Shown here: piece by piece, positions 1 to 9,937 of the stretch
Layout of the letters: each line of letters starts with the position of its first letter
Numbering within the stretch: position 1 is the first letter of the stretch
Assembly (NCBI GenBank): GCA_965247965.1
Contig: OZ252053.1
Location: 1,710,014-1,774,013 of the forward strand
Source: Saprospiraceae bacterium
GTDB taxonomy: Bacteria > Bacteroidota > Bacteroidia > Chitinophagales > Saprospiraceae
Reading direction: 5' to 3'
Length of the DNA stretch: 64,000 nucleotides
The notes under the pieces: generated by a model
What the model was told of the DNA's origin: nothing
The model's input: only the letters and a program-made list of their open reading frames with translations
Database searches by the model: none
Translations under genes and position numbers: made by a program

Positions 1-1484
1 TCTAATGTTTCTTGCATCTGTTGAAATAAAAAATAGTTTTCTACTTCATCTTTGGTCATATACCGACCTCGGGTGTCGTGTTTAATGACGTATTTGTTGG
101 TCTTCTCGTTAAACTTTACCGCGCACTGTTCTCCTGTCTTTTTTCGCCATACTTGAAGATTGTTATTCTCATCTCGTTTCATTGTATAGGCCTGCTTTCC
201 CCCTTTTGTATTAGCTAACTTCCATTCGGGCGTGGTCGTTTCTGACATTGCTTTTCTGTTGGCCTTGCTGTCGTATCCGCCATCCGTGATGGCCTGTTCT
301 ATTTTATTCTTTTCTTGACCTGATTCATCCTTATCTGGATTTAATACATCCTGGATATGGTCGATAGATTCGATTAAAAACTCGTCTTCTGTAATATTGG
401 CCGGTACTACCTGGGCATCTACGATTAGGTCTATTTCATTTTCTTCTGTACACGTTTCACTTATGTTGGCATGATAGCCCGATATGGTCTGTTTATTTTC
501 TGCTTTACCTTTAGTACGGTAGGCAGCATCAGGATCATGAATGGACTGCACACTGCCACTCGATATGTCTCTTGCAGCTTTGGGTCTCGGAGTATTCTCC
601 TGTTTAGTTTGCTGTTCAGATTCATCACAGACCGCGCTGATTTTTGTTTTATCATCAGAGGCACTCGGAGGTTTTTGCTCATTAGATTCCTCTGATTGTT
701 CTTCATACTGTTCTTCGTAGAGCCGCTTGAGATCTTGGTAGCCTGTCAATCCCGCCGCCTGGCCATGACTCAAGAGTACCTTTATGATCTTACCCATACC
801 TACTAGCAGTTCCTCTTTTTCTTTTTTGTTTAATGGGTAGACAATATTGGAGGCACTTTGGCTTTTTAGCTTTTCTAAAAGCTCGCATGATTCTTTATCC
901 AATTGATCTGTAAGCAGTTCTACCATAAGGTCTTTACTGCATACTCGTACAGCTTCGATTATCATCTGGACTCGAGTGCAGCGTGCAATATTGGAATTAA
1001 TCAACTTCGAATCCAATCGTATTTTCTTACCGCTCACCTTGTATTGCTCTATCTGCCCAATAGTGATTTGTTTAAATGCCGCCTTCATCAAATCCTCCCC
1101 ATGGTCTTCATTATACTCTACCATGCTCTGTCTGAACTTATAGTAAGTCGATTCGGTCGGAATATCCTCATTTATATTCGAATATCCCATAGCAAGCATG
1201 ACCCTGGTGTTGAATCGACATTCATCAAAAAGTTGTTCATCAGTCCAACCTTTACCTTCTTTAAGGATAATCATTCCCATTAAAACTCTAATTGAGCAAT
1301 TGGGCCGGCCTCCTTGATTATAAAGCACCTCGAACAATCCTTCGTCTATGCGAGATACCACTTCTTTAAAAAATATATTATGCCAACCATTCGGATCATC
1401 CAGAAGCTCTCGCTTCCGTTCTGATAGCATCCCTCCTATCGATTTGAATAGATCAACTTGTGAATTTGTACTACGTTTAAACAT
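1..1484 (-). CDS. IS1182-family DDE transposase, partial. The N-terminal ~494 codons are present and the C-terminal part lies beyond the window start. It is identical to the product of 13154..14923
   Basis: Identical DNA to copy B. Copy B translates to a 589 aa protein with an InsH-like N-terminal domain and an IS1182/IS5-type C-terminal motif (ESTIHQCFHRLKKRNKILYRGL). Confidence 0.8.
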   Translation of the reverse strand, partial: MFKRSTNSQVDLFKSIGGMLSERKRELLDDPNGWHNIFFKEVVSRIDEGLFEVLYNQGGRPNCSIRVLMGMIILKEGKGWTDEQLFDECRFNTRVMLAMGYSNINEDIPTESTYYKFRQSMVEYNEDHGEDLMKAAFKQITIGQIEQYKVSGKKIRLDSKLINSNIARCTRVQMIIEAVRVCSKDLMVELLTDQLDKESCELLEKLKSQSASNIVYPLNKKEKEELLVGMGKIIKVLLSHGQAAGLTGYQDLKRLYEEQYEEQSEESNEQKPPSASDDKTKISAVCDESEQQTKQENTPRPKAARDISSGSVQSIHDPDAAYRTKGKAENKQTISGYHANISETCTEENEIDLIVDAQVVPANITEDEFLIESIDHIQDVLNPDKDESGQEKNKIEQAITDGGYDSKANRKAMSETTTPEWKLANTKGGKQAYTMKRDENNNLQVWRKKTGEQCAVKFNEKTNKYVIKHDTRGRYMTKDEVENYFLFQQMQETL

Positions 1485-1566
1485 ATCACAAATTAAATAT
1501 ATATGTCATCTTATTGTAATATTTGACATGATTTATGATTTAGTTTTCGGAGTGGACTCAAAGTTG
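1..1566 (-). mobile_element. IS1182-family insertion sequence, copy A, cut by the window start. It is near-identical to 13440..15005 (offset 13439, with one C/T difference at 1391 versus 14830). The right end at ~1566 carries the terminal inverted repeat tcggagtggactcaaagttg
   Basis: Direct sequence identity between 1..1566 and 13440..15005. The small ORFs 461..706 and 13900..14145 in the track are identical. The IR matches the inverted sequence at 13118..13137. Confidence 0.85.
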
Positions 1567-2316
1567 TTGATTAAGTTTTTCTGATTCTTTGACTCTGAAG
1601 GATTTTCCATTCATGTTGACCAGGATGGCTTTATGGGTGAGTCGGTCAACTATGGCAGCAGTGAGAACTTCATCACCAAATATTTCTGTCCACCGATCAA
1701 AACTCAGGTTGGTTGTGATAATGGTTGACTTTCTACCAGCTCTGAGGCTAAGATGAGTAAAAAGTAATTCTGCAGCCTCTTTGTCAAAGGACACATAACC
1801 GAACTCGTCACACACGACCAGATCGTATTTTTCAAAACGAGATTCCAGGGTACGGAGCATTTTGTGAGACCTGGCTTCGTTGATTTGGGTTATCAGCCTG
1901 GGAATGGCAGTAAACAAGACAGTGAAATCGAGTGTGCAGGCTTTGATGGCCAGGCCAATAGCGATGTGTGTTTTACCGGTACCGGGATTACCAGCCAGGA
2001 TGAGATTTTGTCCATCTTTTATAAAATCGAGACGTTCGAGAGTAGCCAGTTTGTTTTGTGCATCATTGGGGAGTTCAGATTTGATCAGATCGTGGATTTG
2101 TTTTTTATACGGGAATCCGGCTCTTCGGATACGCTGTTTTTTTCTCCGGATGAGCCGCCCGTCATATTCGGTGATCATAAGATCGAGCAAGTAGCGTTCA
2201 AAAGAATGATTGCTTTTAGCAGCACTTTTTGCCTGTTCGGCGTACTCTGTTCTGAATGCAGGCAGCCTAAGCAGACGTGAGTAATAATCAATTTGTTGTT
2301 CCATTTTTGCTTGCAT
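1558..2316 (-). CDS. istB: IS21-family helper ATPase IstB. The stop codon is supplied by the inserted IS1182 terminal repeat
   Basis: 252 aa with a Walker A motif (GNPGTGKTH) and a typical IstB/DnaC-like sequence. It sits immediately downstream of istA. Confidence 0.9.
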   Translation of the reverse strand: MQAKMEQQIDYYSRLLRLPAFRTEYAEQAKSAAKSNHSFERYLLDLMITEYDGRLIRRKKQRIRRAGFPYKKQIHDLIKSELPNDAQNKLATLERLDFIKDGQNLILAGNPGTGKTHIAIGLAIKACTLDFTVLFTAIPRLITQINEARSHKMLRTLESRFEKYDLVVCDEFGYVSFDKEAAELLFTHLSLRAGRKSTIITTNLSFDRWTEIFGDEVLTAAIVDRLTHKAILVNMNGKSFRVKESEKLNQQL

Positions 2317-2335
2317 TGTTGAGATTTTATTCGAA

Positions 2336-3929
2336 TTAAAAAATAGCCTGTATGTCTTGAAGTTGTTTTACACAATTAAGACTTATCTGTTCAGTCAAAG
2401 GGCTCGGGATGGTGAGTGCCTGAGCCTCGTTTTTCTTTTTCATCAGGGCTTGTACCATAAAGATGATTTTGTCACTGGTCAGGGGAGAGTTCAAAGTAGT
2501 TTTTAGACATTGATCAACTGCGGAGGTTATTATTGAGGTAGATAAATGATGTTTGGTGGCGTAACTAATCACGTCAATAAATACCTTGGGTTGATCTGAA
2601 AAATATTGTTTGTAAAGTGCGATCAAATCGGTATCAGCCTGAAGAAAGGCTTCGCTGTTTGACAAAGCACCAGGCTTTACGGCTAATGTCTTCAGATAGT
2701 GCTCTATTTTAATGAACCATTGATACTTACAGTGTCTTCTCTGATGAATGTCCACTACATCGCCATTTTTATCATAAATGTGAATGTGCAAAGGGTAAAT
2801 TTTCACATCCACTATGGGGCCGCGCAAGTTTTCAGGAATAGAATAGTGATTGGTATCAACCGAGATGGTGTGATACTTGTCTACTCTTAATGTCTGGATC
2901 AGGGCGGTATCATAGGCTGAAACAGGCAGAACTGTCATATGAATTTTCTCCTCGCACACACGTTCAGCGAATGTTTTAGACTCACCTTTTGATTTTCTAT
3001 TGTTAAGTCTGATCAGTTTTTGCTTCAGGTGTCGATTAGCCGAATCGAGGTCGATAAACTCATCATTTTGAGCAAAGGCTTTGCGGCGCACATATTCAAC
3101 ACTTCGCTCTACACGTCCCTTTTCATTGGCTCTATACACATTGCAAAAACGAATATCAAATTGATAGTATGTGCTGATTTTAAGTAGATCATCTGTAGGT
3201 TTCTTACCTGCCCGTTCGGTAGACGGGTCTGCATTTCGCATGGTAAATCTTGCTACTGCTGTACGCATATTGTCGTACACTATCTGTGATGGCACACCAC
3301 CAATGTGGCTCAGATAGTGTACATGAGCGTGCAAGAAACTGATCATAACTCGTGCCGCGTCACGCGGTATCCTGGCGGTAGTAAAGACGAGCCCATCGGT
3401 AATTGCTGTACCCATTGGTAAATACAGCCAGCATCAATCTTTTCTGTTTTCCCTCTATTGTCAATTTAACTTCTGCCCAATCAAACTCACTGTTTTGCCC
3501 TGGGTCAATGTGCTGGCGTATGAAAATCTCCTGACCTTTTCTCAAGTGCTGTTTTACATATTCACATACCGTAGTATAGCTGATTTCAAAACCATCGGCG
3601 ATCAGTGCCTCGTGCATGTCTATACGCCGCATGCATTGTTTGGCCAAACCCGAACAATGTTTGCGCTCATTATCTTTAACAAACTGATCTATCCTGGTTC
3701 GTATCTGTTGGGTAAGTTTGCGTTTGGTACGAGAAGAACAATCGTACCGAGGTGGATCCAAAATGCCTTTAGAAGAACGGTCCTGCAAAGAACGATTCTT
3801 CTCATATTCATCAATATACTTCTTGACTGTATTGCGCGATAATCCCAGATCCTTACTGATCTTTCGTTGGGATATTCCCTGATCAAAATAGCGCAGAATA
3901 ATATCTTGTTTTTGTAGCATAGTTATCAT
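2336..3929 (-). pseudogene. istA: IS21-family transposase IstA, interrupted by a frameshift. The N-terminal HTH part is ORF 3360..3929 and the DDE catalytic part is ORF 2336..3415; the two overlap in different frames at 3360..3415
   Basis: The 189 aa ORF has an HTH and an IstA N-terminus. The 359 aa ORF has an IstA-like integrase core. The combined length of ~530 aa matches IstA. The two ORFs are in different frames. Confidence 0.8.
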
Positions 3930-3980
3930 GTTTAATAGTGCAAAACATATGATGGTTATGCATCATATCTGCCATGATAA

Positions 3981-4020
3981 CTGGCTCAGTTTTCAATTGG
4001 AATTCTGGCTCAGTTTTCAA
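3981..4020. repeat. Two direct copies of ctggctcagttttcaa separated by 8 bp, in the IS21 istA-proximal terminal region. These are candidate IstA binding repeats
   Basis: Exact 16-mer at 3981..3996 and 4005..4020. Confidence 0.55.
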
Positions 4021-4457
4021 CCGTAATCTACACCTGAATGGTTTAACTTCCAACTTTTAATAGGGTACAACGTTGGTATCCCGATTGATGGGTTTGTTAC
4101 AATCTCGGATGCGAATTTCAAAGTTATTTATCTCGATCATATTCATAAATGGATAATGGGTTTTGGATTTTGCGACCTAGGATCTGTGGCAGCAAATCCC
4201 CCATGTAGCTGGTACAACAAGTATCATCCAGCTGATAGCGTATCGTTCAATGTGCCTGATTCAGTTCTTATTTATGAAAATGGTCATTTTCAAAATCCAC
4301 CATTTAGAGATTCTCAGTTTATACCGCTTCATTTAAAATTATGCAAAAATTGGGAATTGTTCGGAGCATTATACCTTGGAGAATATTGCGAAGCTAATAG
4401 GAGAACCGTTGCCAAGCTATATTTAACCCAACTTGCTCTTTTTAGAAAATAAGTCGG

Positions 4458-6400
4458 TGATTATCAGTGGGTTACGATTTCAATGGTACACTACATATTT
4501 TTTAATTGCCTTTTGAATATCTGTTGAGTTGGTTGCAGAATAGATGTTTTGTACTTTTTGGATTGGCTTTGAAGGTTTTCTCAGGTGTATGGATTTGGTG
4601 TCAGTGCGTAGTTCGACGGTTTGGATGGTATGTGTGCTCATTATTCTGACAATATTTGCCCAGTCGTAATTTATGCCTTTTTGGTTGAGCATGTATCGGA
4701 TCGTGTTTACGACCTGATAGGCTAGAAGTGTGAGATAAATATGAGCTTCGATCCTTTCGTCATTTTGATGGTGAATGGGCCGGATGTTGAGATCAGTTTT
4801 GAGGCATCGGAATGTGGACTCCACTTCTCTTATGGTGTTGTAAATTTGCCAAAGCTGCTTATCGTCGATCTGCTCGTAATTTGTTCTCAAAAAGTAAATT
4901 CCCTTGTCTTTGTCCTGTTTTTCTTTTTGTGGCTGGACAGACCATGAGACATTGACAGCTACTTTGTCATCATGCTCCACATCTATTTTGTATCGGGAGG
5001 ATACATGCTTGTGTTTTTCCTTGAGCCGACCGATGCGTTCCCACACTTTTTCTATTTTTTTAGTACCTCCTTTTTTAGCTATTCCATTTTGAACCTGTTG
5101 TAAGTCTTCTTCAAATCTTTGCATGAGCTTACCCTTCATCGATTCTTCTTTTAGTTGTTTGGATGAACTGTGCACATAAAGCCAGGTGTCATTGTACCCT
5201 TCGGGTTTGAATTGAGTAATGTGCACTTCATGTTTGTTACGATCTGTCGATATTTTTGTAAACACATTGGATTGATCGATCGGGTGGTCTTTGAGTCGTT
5301 TTCGGGAAACGCATACATAATGAAGACCTTTACCGGCGATCAATTCCAGGTTTTTCTCAGTGGCTATACCTGCATCTATGACCACTGTTTTGTTCGTGTG
5401 ATCGGGGCTGTATTTTTCAAGGTCTTTGAGCATCTCTTCCAGGGTTGTGCTGTCAGCTCTGTTACCCTCATATATCCTTGAATGCCGGATGAAGCCCTCC
5501 TTATTGATCACTCCGGTGAATACAACTTGTTTGCAATCTGTCCTTTTCTCTTTGCTTTTTCCAAATTTTGGAAGTTTGTTTGTCGCCTTTCGACCTTCGA
5601 AATAGGTATTGGTAATGTCAAAAATGACCAGTTTATCATCCAGTGTGAACATATTGGTGATGCGGCTATATAGGTGTTGATCGATAGTGTTTTTGTGTTT
5701 GTAGAGCAGGTCTGAAATACGGTATAGTTCGCGATGGGTGATCGAGCCGGGAGTGTAATTGTAGCAGGCCATCAATTCTGAATTGTCTGTGAGAATCTGT
5801 GAAGTTTTATGTTCTGAACTTGTGTATATGGCTCTTGCGCAGATGCTGATCAATGCTTTTTGAATATCCTTATTGCGCCAATTAAGTGAGGTAAGGCACT
5901 TAGTTAATTGAAGTTTTTCCAGAATCTGCTTGCAAAGGTGTTCGGAACCGAAAGATTTGACATCTCCTACTTCGATGGAATGAATATCAACACTGTGAAT
6001 TTCGCTTTTGTCTTTTGGTGGGGGAAGTGAGGCTGCCTTTTCACCTTGATTATCGGGTATTTTAATTGGTATTTTTCGTAGAATTTAAGAGCAAGCTTTA
6101 GCAACTCATCCGCAATATCAACGGGGAATAGATCTTGTTGAGAAAATATTCTGGATTTGAGCACTTGTAAGACCTCAGACTTATTCTGCTTCGAATCCAA
6201 CAACGGGTCGCTTCCCAGGTAAAGGATGTTTCTTTGTTTGACTTTTCCATCTACCCTGGCCGTCTGTGCAAGTGTGTACTGGTAGAATATTTTACCGTTT
6301 TTGACATTTTGTTTTTTTACTTGTCTAATGTACATATGGCAAATGTACACATATGATTCCAATTACGCAGGCACCATACTACACTACATTTGAAAATCCT
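4458..6400 (-). mobile_element. IS1634-family element. Boundaries are approximate; imperfect inverted repeats lie around 4458..4478 and 6380..6400
   Basis: IS1634-type transposase fragments. Terminal similarity gatttcaatggtacactacat versus the reverse complement of catactacactacatttgaaaatc. Confidence 0.55.
4480..6362 (-). pseudogene. IS1634-family DDE transposase split into two ORFs, with a ~110 bp unassigned gap and a frame change between them (5854..5966). The N-terminal part is 5967..6362 and the DDE part is 4480..5853
   Basis: The N-terminal ORF begins MYIRQVKKQNVKNGKIFYQY...RQRNILYLG, the IS1634 hallmark. The C-terminal ORF has TNYFEG...DAG and an IS4-superfamily core. Confidence 0.75.
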
Positions 6401-6510
6401 TAATAACTACTATTGAAAATCAACAAGTTATATCACAAAAACATGGATATTCAAACAAAATTAGTGCAGACATTAATCAAAAAGGACAAGTTGGGTTAAA
6501 AATATTTCCC

Positions 6511-7875
6511 TCACAACCGCCCAATCTCAATGCCCGTAATCTTCCGATACAACTCTGTAGCATACAGATCCGTCATCCCCGAAACAAAATCCAGGATGTG
6601 CATCACCCTTTCATAGACGCTTTCTCCATCCACCGGCCTGAATTGGTTTGGGATAAGTTTGTGGATCATAGTCTTTTTAGAGGAATGATAGTTTTCAAGC
6701 GTCGTAGGTACAAAATGTTCAAGTAGAACATACATGACATTAAAGCCCGCAATTTCGATCTCGATCACCTTATTGCTCTCATAAATATTCCTATAAGAAA
6801 ATTCTTTTATTTCTTCCATTTGGGGAAATTCTCTTGAGACCAATTCAGTTATGGATATGCTGAGATTGCCGTTAATAATATCTTCTGCATTTTCGGAGAA
6901 AGTCAGTACACCACAGTTAATGAGGCTATTGATGGCTTTCGCCCTCAAAAAGGACACCTGTTCATTTTTATCAGCTATAAACGAAGAGATCTTCGATATA
7001 CTCTCATCCTCACCGGAATTCATCGCGTTGATCAAAAAGAGTAATCGATCTACACATTCTTCAAAAGAAATTATACGAAGTTTTTGGGCATCTTCAAGAT
7101 CCATTATATTATAGCAAATATCGTCAGCAGCTTCCACGAGATATACAAAAGGGTGACGTTTATAAATGAGGGGTTCACTCTGTTCATTAATCATATTCAC
7201 GGCATTCCCGATCTGGTGAAATGTGTTTTTTTCAGTTTGAAAAAATCCATATTTTTTTCGGTGCACTTCATCGATATTTTTATTCATAGCGATAGATTCG
7301 CATGGATATTTGGCTATCGACGCAAGGGTGGCTGCGGTAAGCCTGAATCCTCCGGGAGCCTTTCCCCGATGCTGATGGGTCAGTAGTCTTATCGCATTGG
7401 CATTGCCTTCAAAATTGGTTAGATCCATCCACTCCGCAGCATTGAATAGCGGCTTAAGTTCTCTTTCATTTTTGATAAAATAATTTGATATCGCCTTTTC
7501 GCCACTGTGCCCAAAGGCAGGGTTGCCAATATCATGACAAAGACAAGCCGCAGAAATAACATTGCTTAATTCATGAAGATAGAAATATGCCGACTCTTCA
7601 TTTAAATGGTAAGATCGATGAATAAAATCGCCTACTAAAGTGCCTAAAGATCGACCAACAGATGCCACTTCGAGAGAATGCGTGAGCCGGTTATGCACTA
7701 ATGCGCTTCCCGGCAAGGGGAAAACCTGGGTTTTGTTTTGAAGGCGTCTGAACGAGGGTGAGAAAATAATGCGATCGATATCCCGCTGGTATTCGGATCG
7801 GGGGTCTTTTTTCTGTGGAGATTTTTTCTTTACTCCGATTCTCTCAGTGCTGTGTATAGCGTTCCAGTCATTCAC
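6511..7875 (-). CDS. dgt: dGTP triphosphohydrolase-like HD-domain protein (dGTPase family). It uses a GTG start
   Basis: 454 aa with HD motifs (HSLEV...CLCHDIGNPAFGH) and a dGTPase-like length and sequence. Confidence 0.85.
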   Translation of the reverse strand: MNDWNAIHSTERIGVKKKSPQKKDPRSEYQRDIDRIIFSPSFRRLQNKTQVFPLPGSALVHNRLTHSLEVASVGRSLGTLVGDFIHRSYHLNEESAYFYLHELSNVISAACLCHDIGNPAFGHSGEKAISNYFIKNERELKPLFNAAEWMDLTNFEGNANAIRLLTHQHRGKAPGGFRLTAATLASIAKYPCESIAMNKNIDEVHRKKYGFFQTEKNTFHQIGNAVNMINEQSEPLIYKRHPFVYLVEAADDICYNIMDLEDAQKLRIISFEECVDRLLFLINAMNSGEDESISKISSFIADKNEQVSFLRAKAINSLINCGVLTFSENAEDIINGNLSISITELVSREFPQMEEIKEFSYRNIYESNKVIEIEIAGFNVMYVLLEHFVPTTLENYHSSKKTMIHKLIPNQFRPVDGESVYERVMHILDFVSGMTDLYATELYRKITGIEIGRL

Positions 7876-7918
7876 AATGTACCAATTGCAATATCAATAA
7901 CAATGACAATTGCAAAAG
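7876..7918. repeat. Hexamer tandem array (caaNNN, period 6) of about 7 units, immediately upstream of the dgt start codon
   Basis: caa recurs at 7876, 7883, 7889, 7895, 7901, 7907 and 7913. The array is related to the one at 24596..24678. Confidence 0.6.
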
Positions 7919-7959
7919 TAAAATTGAGATTGATATTGTTGTTGAGATCGGGGCAGATT

Positions 7960-8301
7960 TTACTCTTCCGTCTCCTGAACTTCCAATTCTAAAATTAGTT
8001 CTTCTTCGGGAAGATCCATTACCATTTCTTCGATTATTTCTTCTTTGGCCTCCGAAGTGAGATGGCCGTCTACATCGTAGTCGCTGTCGCCTTTTATAAT
8101 GTCGATGGCCATGGAACTAGTCATTTTAATGAGGTAGCAACTCTTATCGGTTTCGTAAGGTAGAGCTGTTATGATCTTGCCTTTGGCATCGGTGAATGAG
8201 ATGAGATATTTGTCAAATCCGTACGGATAATTCAACTTCAATTGTTTTCGGATGTCTTCCTCCAAGGCATTATACGCCTTGATAACTTTTGGTTTTGACA
8301 T
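7960..8301 (-). CDS. Small acidic hypothetical protein (113 aa)
   Basis: Clean ORF with an acidic C-terminus and no recognisable domain. Confidence 0.5.
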   Translation of the reverse strand: MSKPKVIKAYNALEEDIRKQLKLNYPYGFDKYLISFTDAKGKIITALPYETDKSCYLIKMTSSMAIDIIKGDSDYDVDGHLTSEAKEEIIEEMVMDLPEEELILELEVQETEE

Positions 8302-8516
8302 AATTCCAATATTGGTTAATAATGTGCTTTAGTTAGCTTAAAGTTTAATAGACAGGCCGAATATACATTATAATTATTTATATATATAAATATTTTTTAT
8401 ATAAAAAATGACTTTTTTCTGTCAAGCTGTATCGGTGACTTGAAAAAAATCGTGTATCGACGGTTGATTGGGATCAATTCGGGTACCAGATGTGAAATAT
8501 TTATCTAAAAAAAATA

Positions 8517-8533
8517 TTTGTTTAATTTGCTGC
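8517..8533 (+). promoter_or_regulatory. Possible Bacteroidota sigma-A -7 element (TAATTTG) upstream of gap
   Basis: taatttg at 8523..8529 in an AT-rich spacer ~75 bp before the gap ATG. It matches the TAnnTTTG consensus, but no well-spaced -33 element was seen. Confidence 0.25.
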
Positions 8534-8605
8534 GCTTTCCGGGAAAAAGGCTCAGTGTAATAGAAAGTCAATTTGAATTCAACGAAATAAAAACGAATAA
8601 AAATT

Positions 8606-9598
8606 ATGTCAAAAAGAATAGCAATTAATGGTTTTGGGCGGATAGGAAGACTTACATTCCGAAACCTTTTGAAAAAAGACGGCATTGAGGTAGTCGCTAT
8701 TAATGATCTCACAGACAATGCCACCTTGGCCCACTTGTTAAAATTCGACAGTGCACATGGCCCATTTGACGGCACTGTGGACAGTACGGACGAAACAGTA
8801 GTCGTCAACGGTCAGACCATTCAGGCTACTGCCGAGCGCAATCCCGCAGCGCTTAATTGGAAGGAGCTCGGTGTCGATTTGGTCTTGGAATGCACTGGTT
8901 TTTTCAGGTCAAAAGATAAGGCAGAACTTCACCAGGAAGCTGGTGCTAAAAAAGTATTGATTTCTGCTCCTGCCAAAGGCGGGGGCATCAAGACCATCGT
9001 TCTGGGTGTAAATGATTCGGATCTATCAGATAGCGATACCATTTTGTCCAATGCAAGTTGCACTACCAATTGCCTGGCTCCCGTGTGCAAAATTGTCGAT
9101 GAATATTTTGGTTTCGTCAAAGGCAGCCTTACCACGACTCATGCTTACACTTCAGACCAACACCTACAAGATGCGCCACATTCTGATCTGAGAAGGGCGA
9201 GAGCCGCTGCATTTAATATTGTTCCGACGAGTACCGGAGCAGCTAATGCTGTTGGCAAGGTTTATCCGAATGTGGCTGGCAAACTATTCGCCATAGCCGT
9301 GAGAGTACCTGTCATCACCGGCTCGATGATAGAACTCAATGCCATCGTCGAGAAAGAGGCAAGCAAAGAGGAGATCAATGCCGCGTTCAAAACAGCCGCG
9401 GATGGCCCGATGAAGGGAATCTTGGAATACTCGACCGACCCGTTGGTCTCGGCAGATATTGTGCGCAATCCTCATTCGAGCATATTCGATTCTTTGCTTA
9501 CCGATACGATGGGTACGATGATCAAAGTGGTAAGTTGGTATGATAACGAGGCGGGGTATTCTGCGCGGTTGGCGGATTTGGCGGTTAGGGTGGCGTAG
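8606..9598 (+). CDS. gap: Glyceraldehyde-3-phosphate dehydrogenase (type I)
   Basis: 330 aa with an NGFGRIGR Rossmann motif and the SCTTNCLAP active site. Confidence 0.95.
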   Translation: MSKRIAINGFGRIGRLTFRNLLKKDGIEVVAINDLTDNATLAHLLKFDSAHGPFDGTVDSTDETVVVNGQTIQATAERNPAALNWKELGVDLVLECTGFFRSKDKAELHQEAGAKKVLISAPAKGGGIKTIVLGVNDSDLSDSDTILSNASCTTNCLAPVCKIVDEYFGFVKGSLTTTHAYTSDQHLQDAPHSDLRRARAAAFNIVPTSTGAANAVGKVYPNVAGKLFAIAVRVPVITGSMIELNAIVEKEASKEEINAAFKTAADGPMKGILEYSTDPLVSADIVRNPHSSIFDSLLTDTMGTMIKVVSWYDNEAGYSARLADLAVRVA

Positions 9599-9607
9599 AG
9601 TGGAAAA

Positions 9608-9684
9608 CAGGGAACAGAAGTCAGAGAACAGAAGTCAGAGAACAGAAGTCAGAGAACAGAAATCAGAAATCAGAAGTCAGAAAG
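9608..9684. repeat. Heptamer tandem repeat (cagaRRN) of 11 units, starting 10 bp after the gap stop codon
   Basis: The units run cagggaa cagaagt cagagaa cagaagt cagagaa cagaagt cagagaa cagaaat cagaaat cagaagt cagaaag. Confidence 0.9.
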
Positions 9685-9937
9685 GCAAATTCGTTTTAAT
9701 TCCCCGACGATGTTGTCAACGATTTTCTACTATCCAATTATTTTAATATTCTCAGTCCGCTGTTTACTGACACTGCTAGGCTAACAATTTAAACACTAAA
9801 ATAATATATGGCGGTTAACTATTTGTTAATTGGCCATTTAATAAGCTTCTATTCTAGAATAGGGCAAATGAGCCACGAATTCGCTTTGTAATTACACTTC
9901 ATATTATTATTTTACGCCATATTTAATTTTAGTTATT

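Larger units (their letters stand above)
1567..4140 (-). mobile_element. IS21-family element (istA-istB). The istB-side end is truncated or displaced by the IS1182 insertion. The istA-side end with its terminal repeats is approximate
   Basis: istAB gene pair, plus a duplicated 16-mer ctggctcagttttcaa upstream of istA that is typical of the multiple terminal repeats of IS21. Confidence 0.6.

Noticed and set aside
1864-2280. Plus-strand ORFs inside istB (1864..2280 and 1880..2194), and similar antisense ORFs inside trxB, the Nramp-like gene, ftsI and murE
   Set aside because: They are antisense to confidently identified genes, and their compositional bias explains the open frames.
4156-4452. 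98 aa ORF between the IS21 and IS1634 ends
   Set aside because: It lies within or overlapping IS terminal regions, has no recognisable domain, and is probably spurious or a remnant. It is not listed as a gene.
8422-8808. 128 aa ORF antisense to the gap promoter and 5' coding region
   Set aside because: It overlaps the strongly supported gap gene on the opposite strand, is AT-rich with low complexity, and has no recognisable features.
9608-9684. Possible CRISPR array (also considered at 63319..63381 and 24596..24678)
   Set aside because: The units are 6 to 7 bp with no spacers, which is a microsatellite-like tandem array and not a repeat-spacer architecture. No cas genes are in the window.
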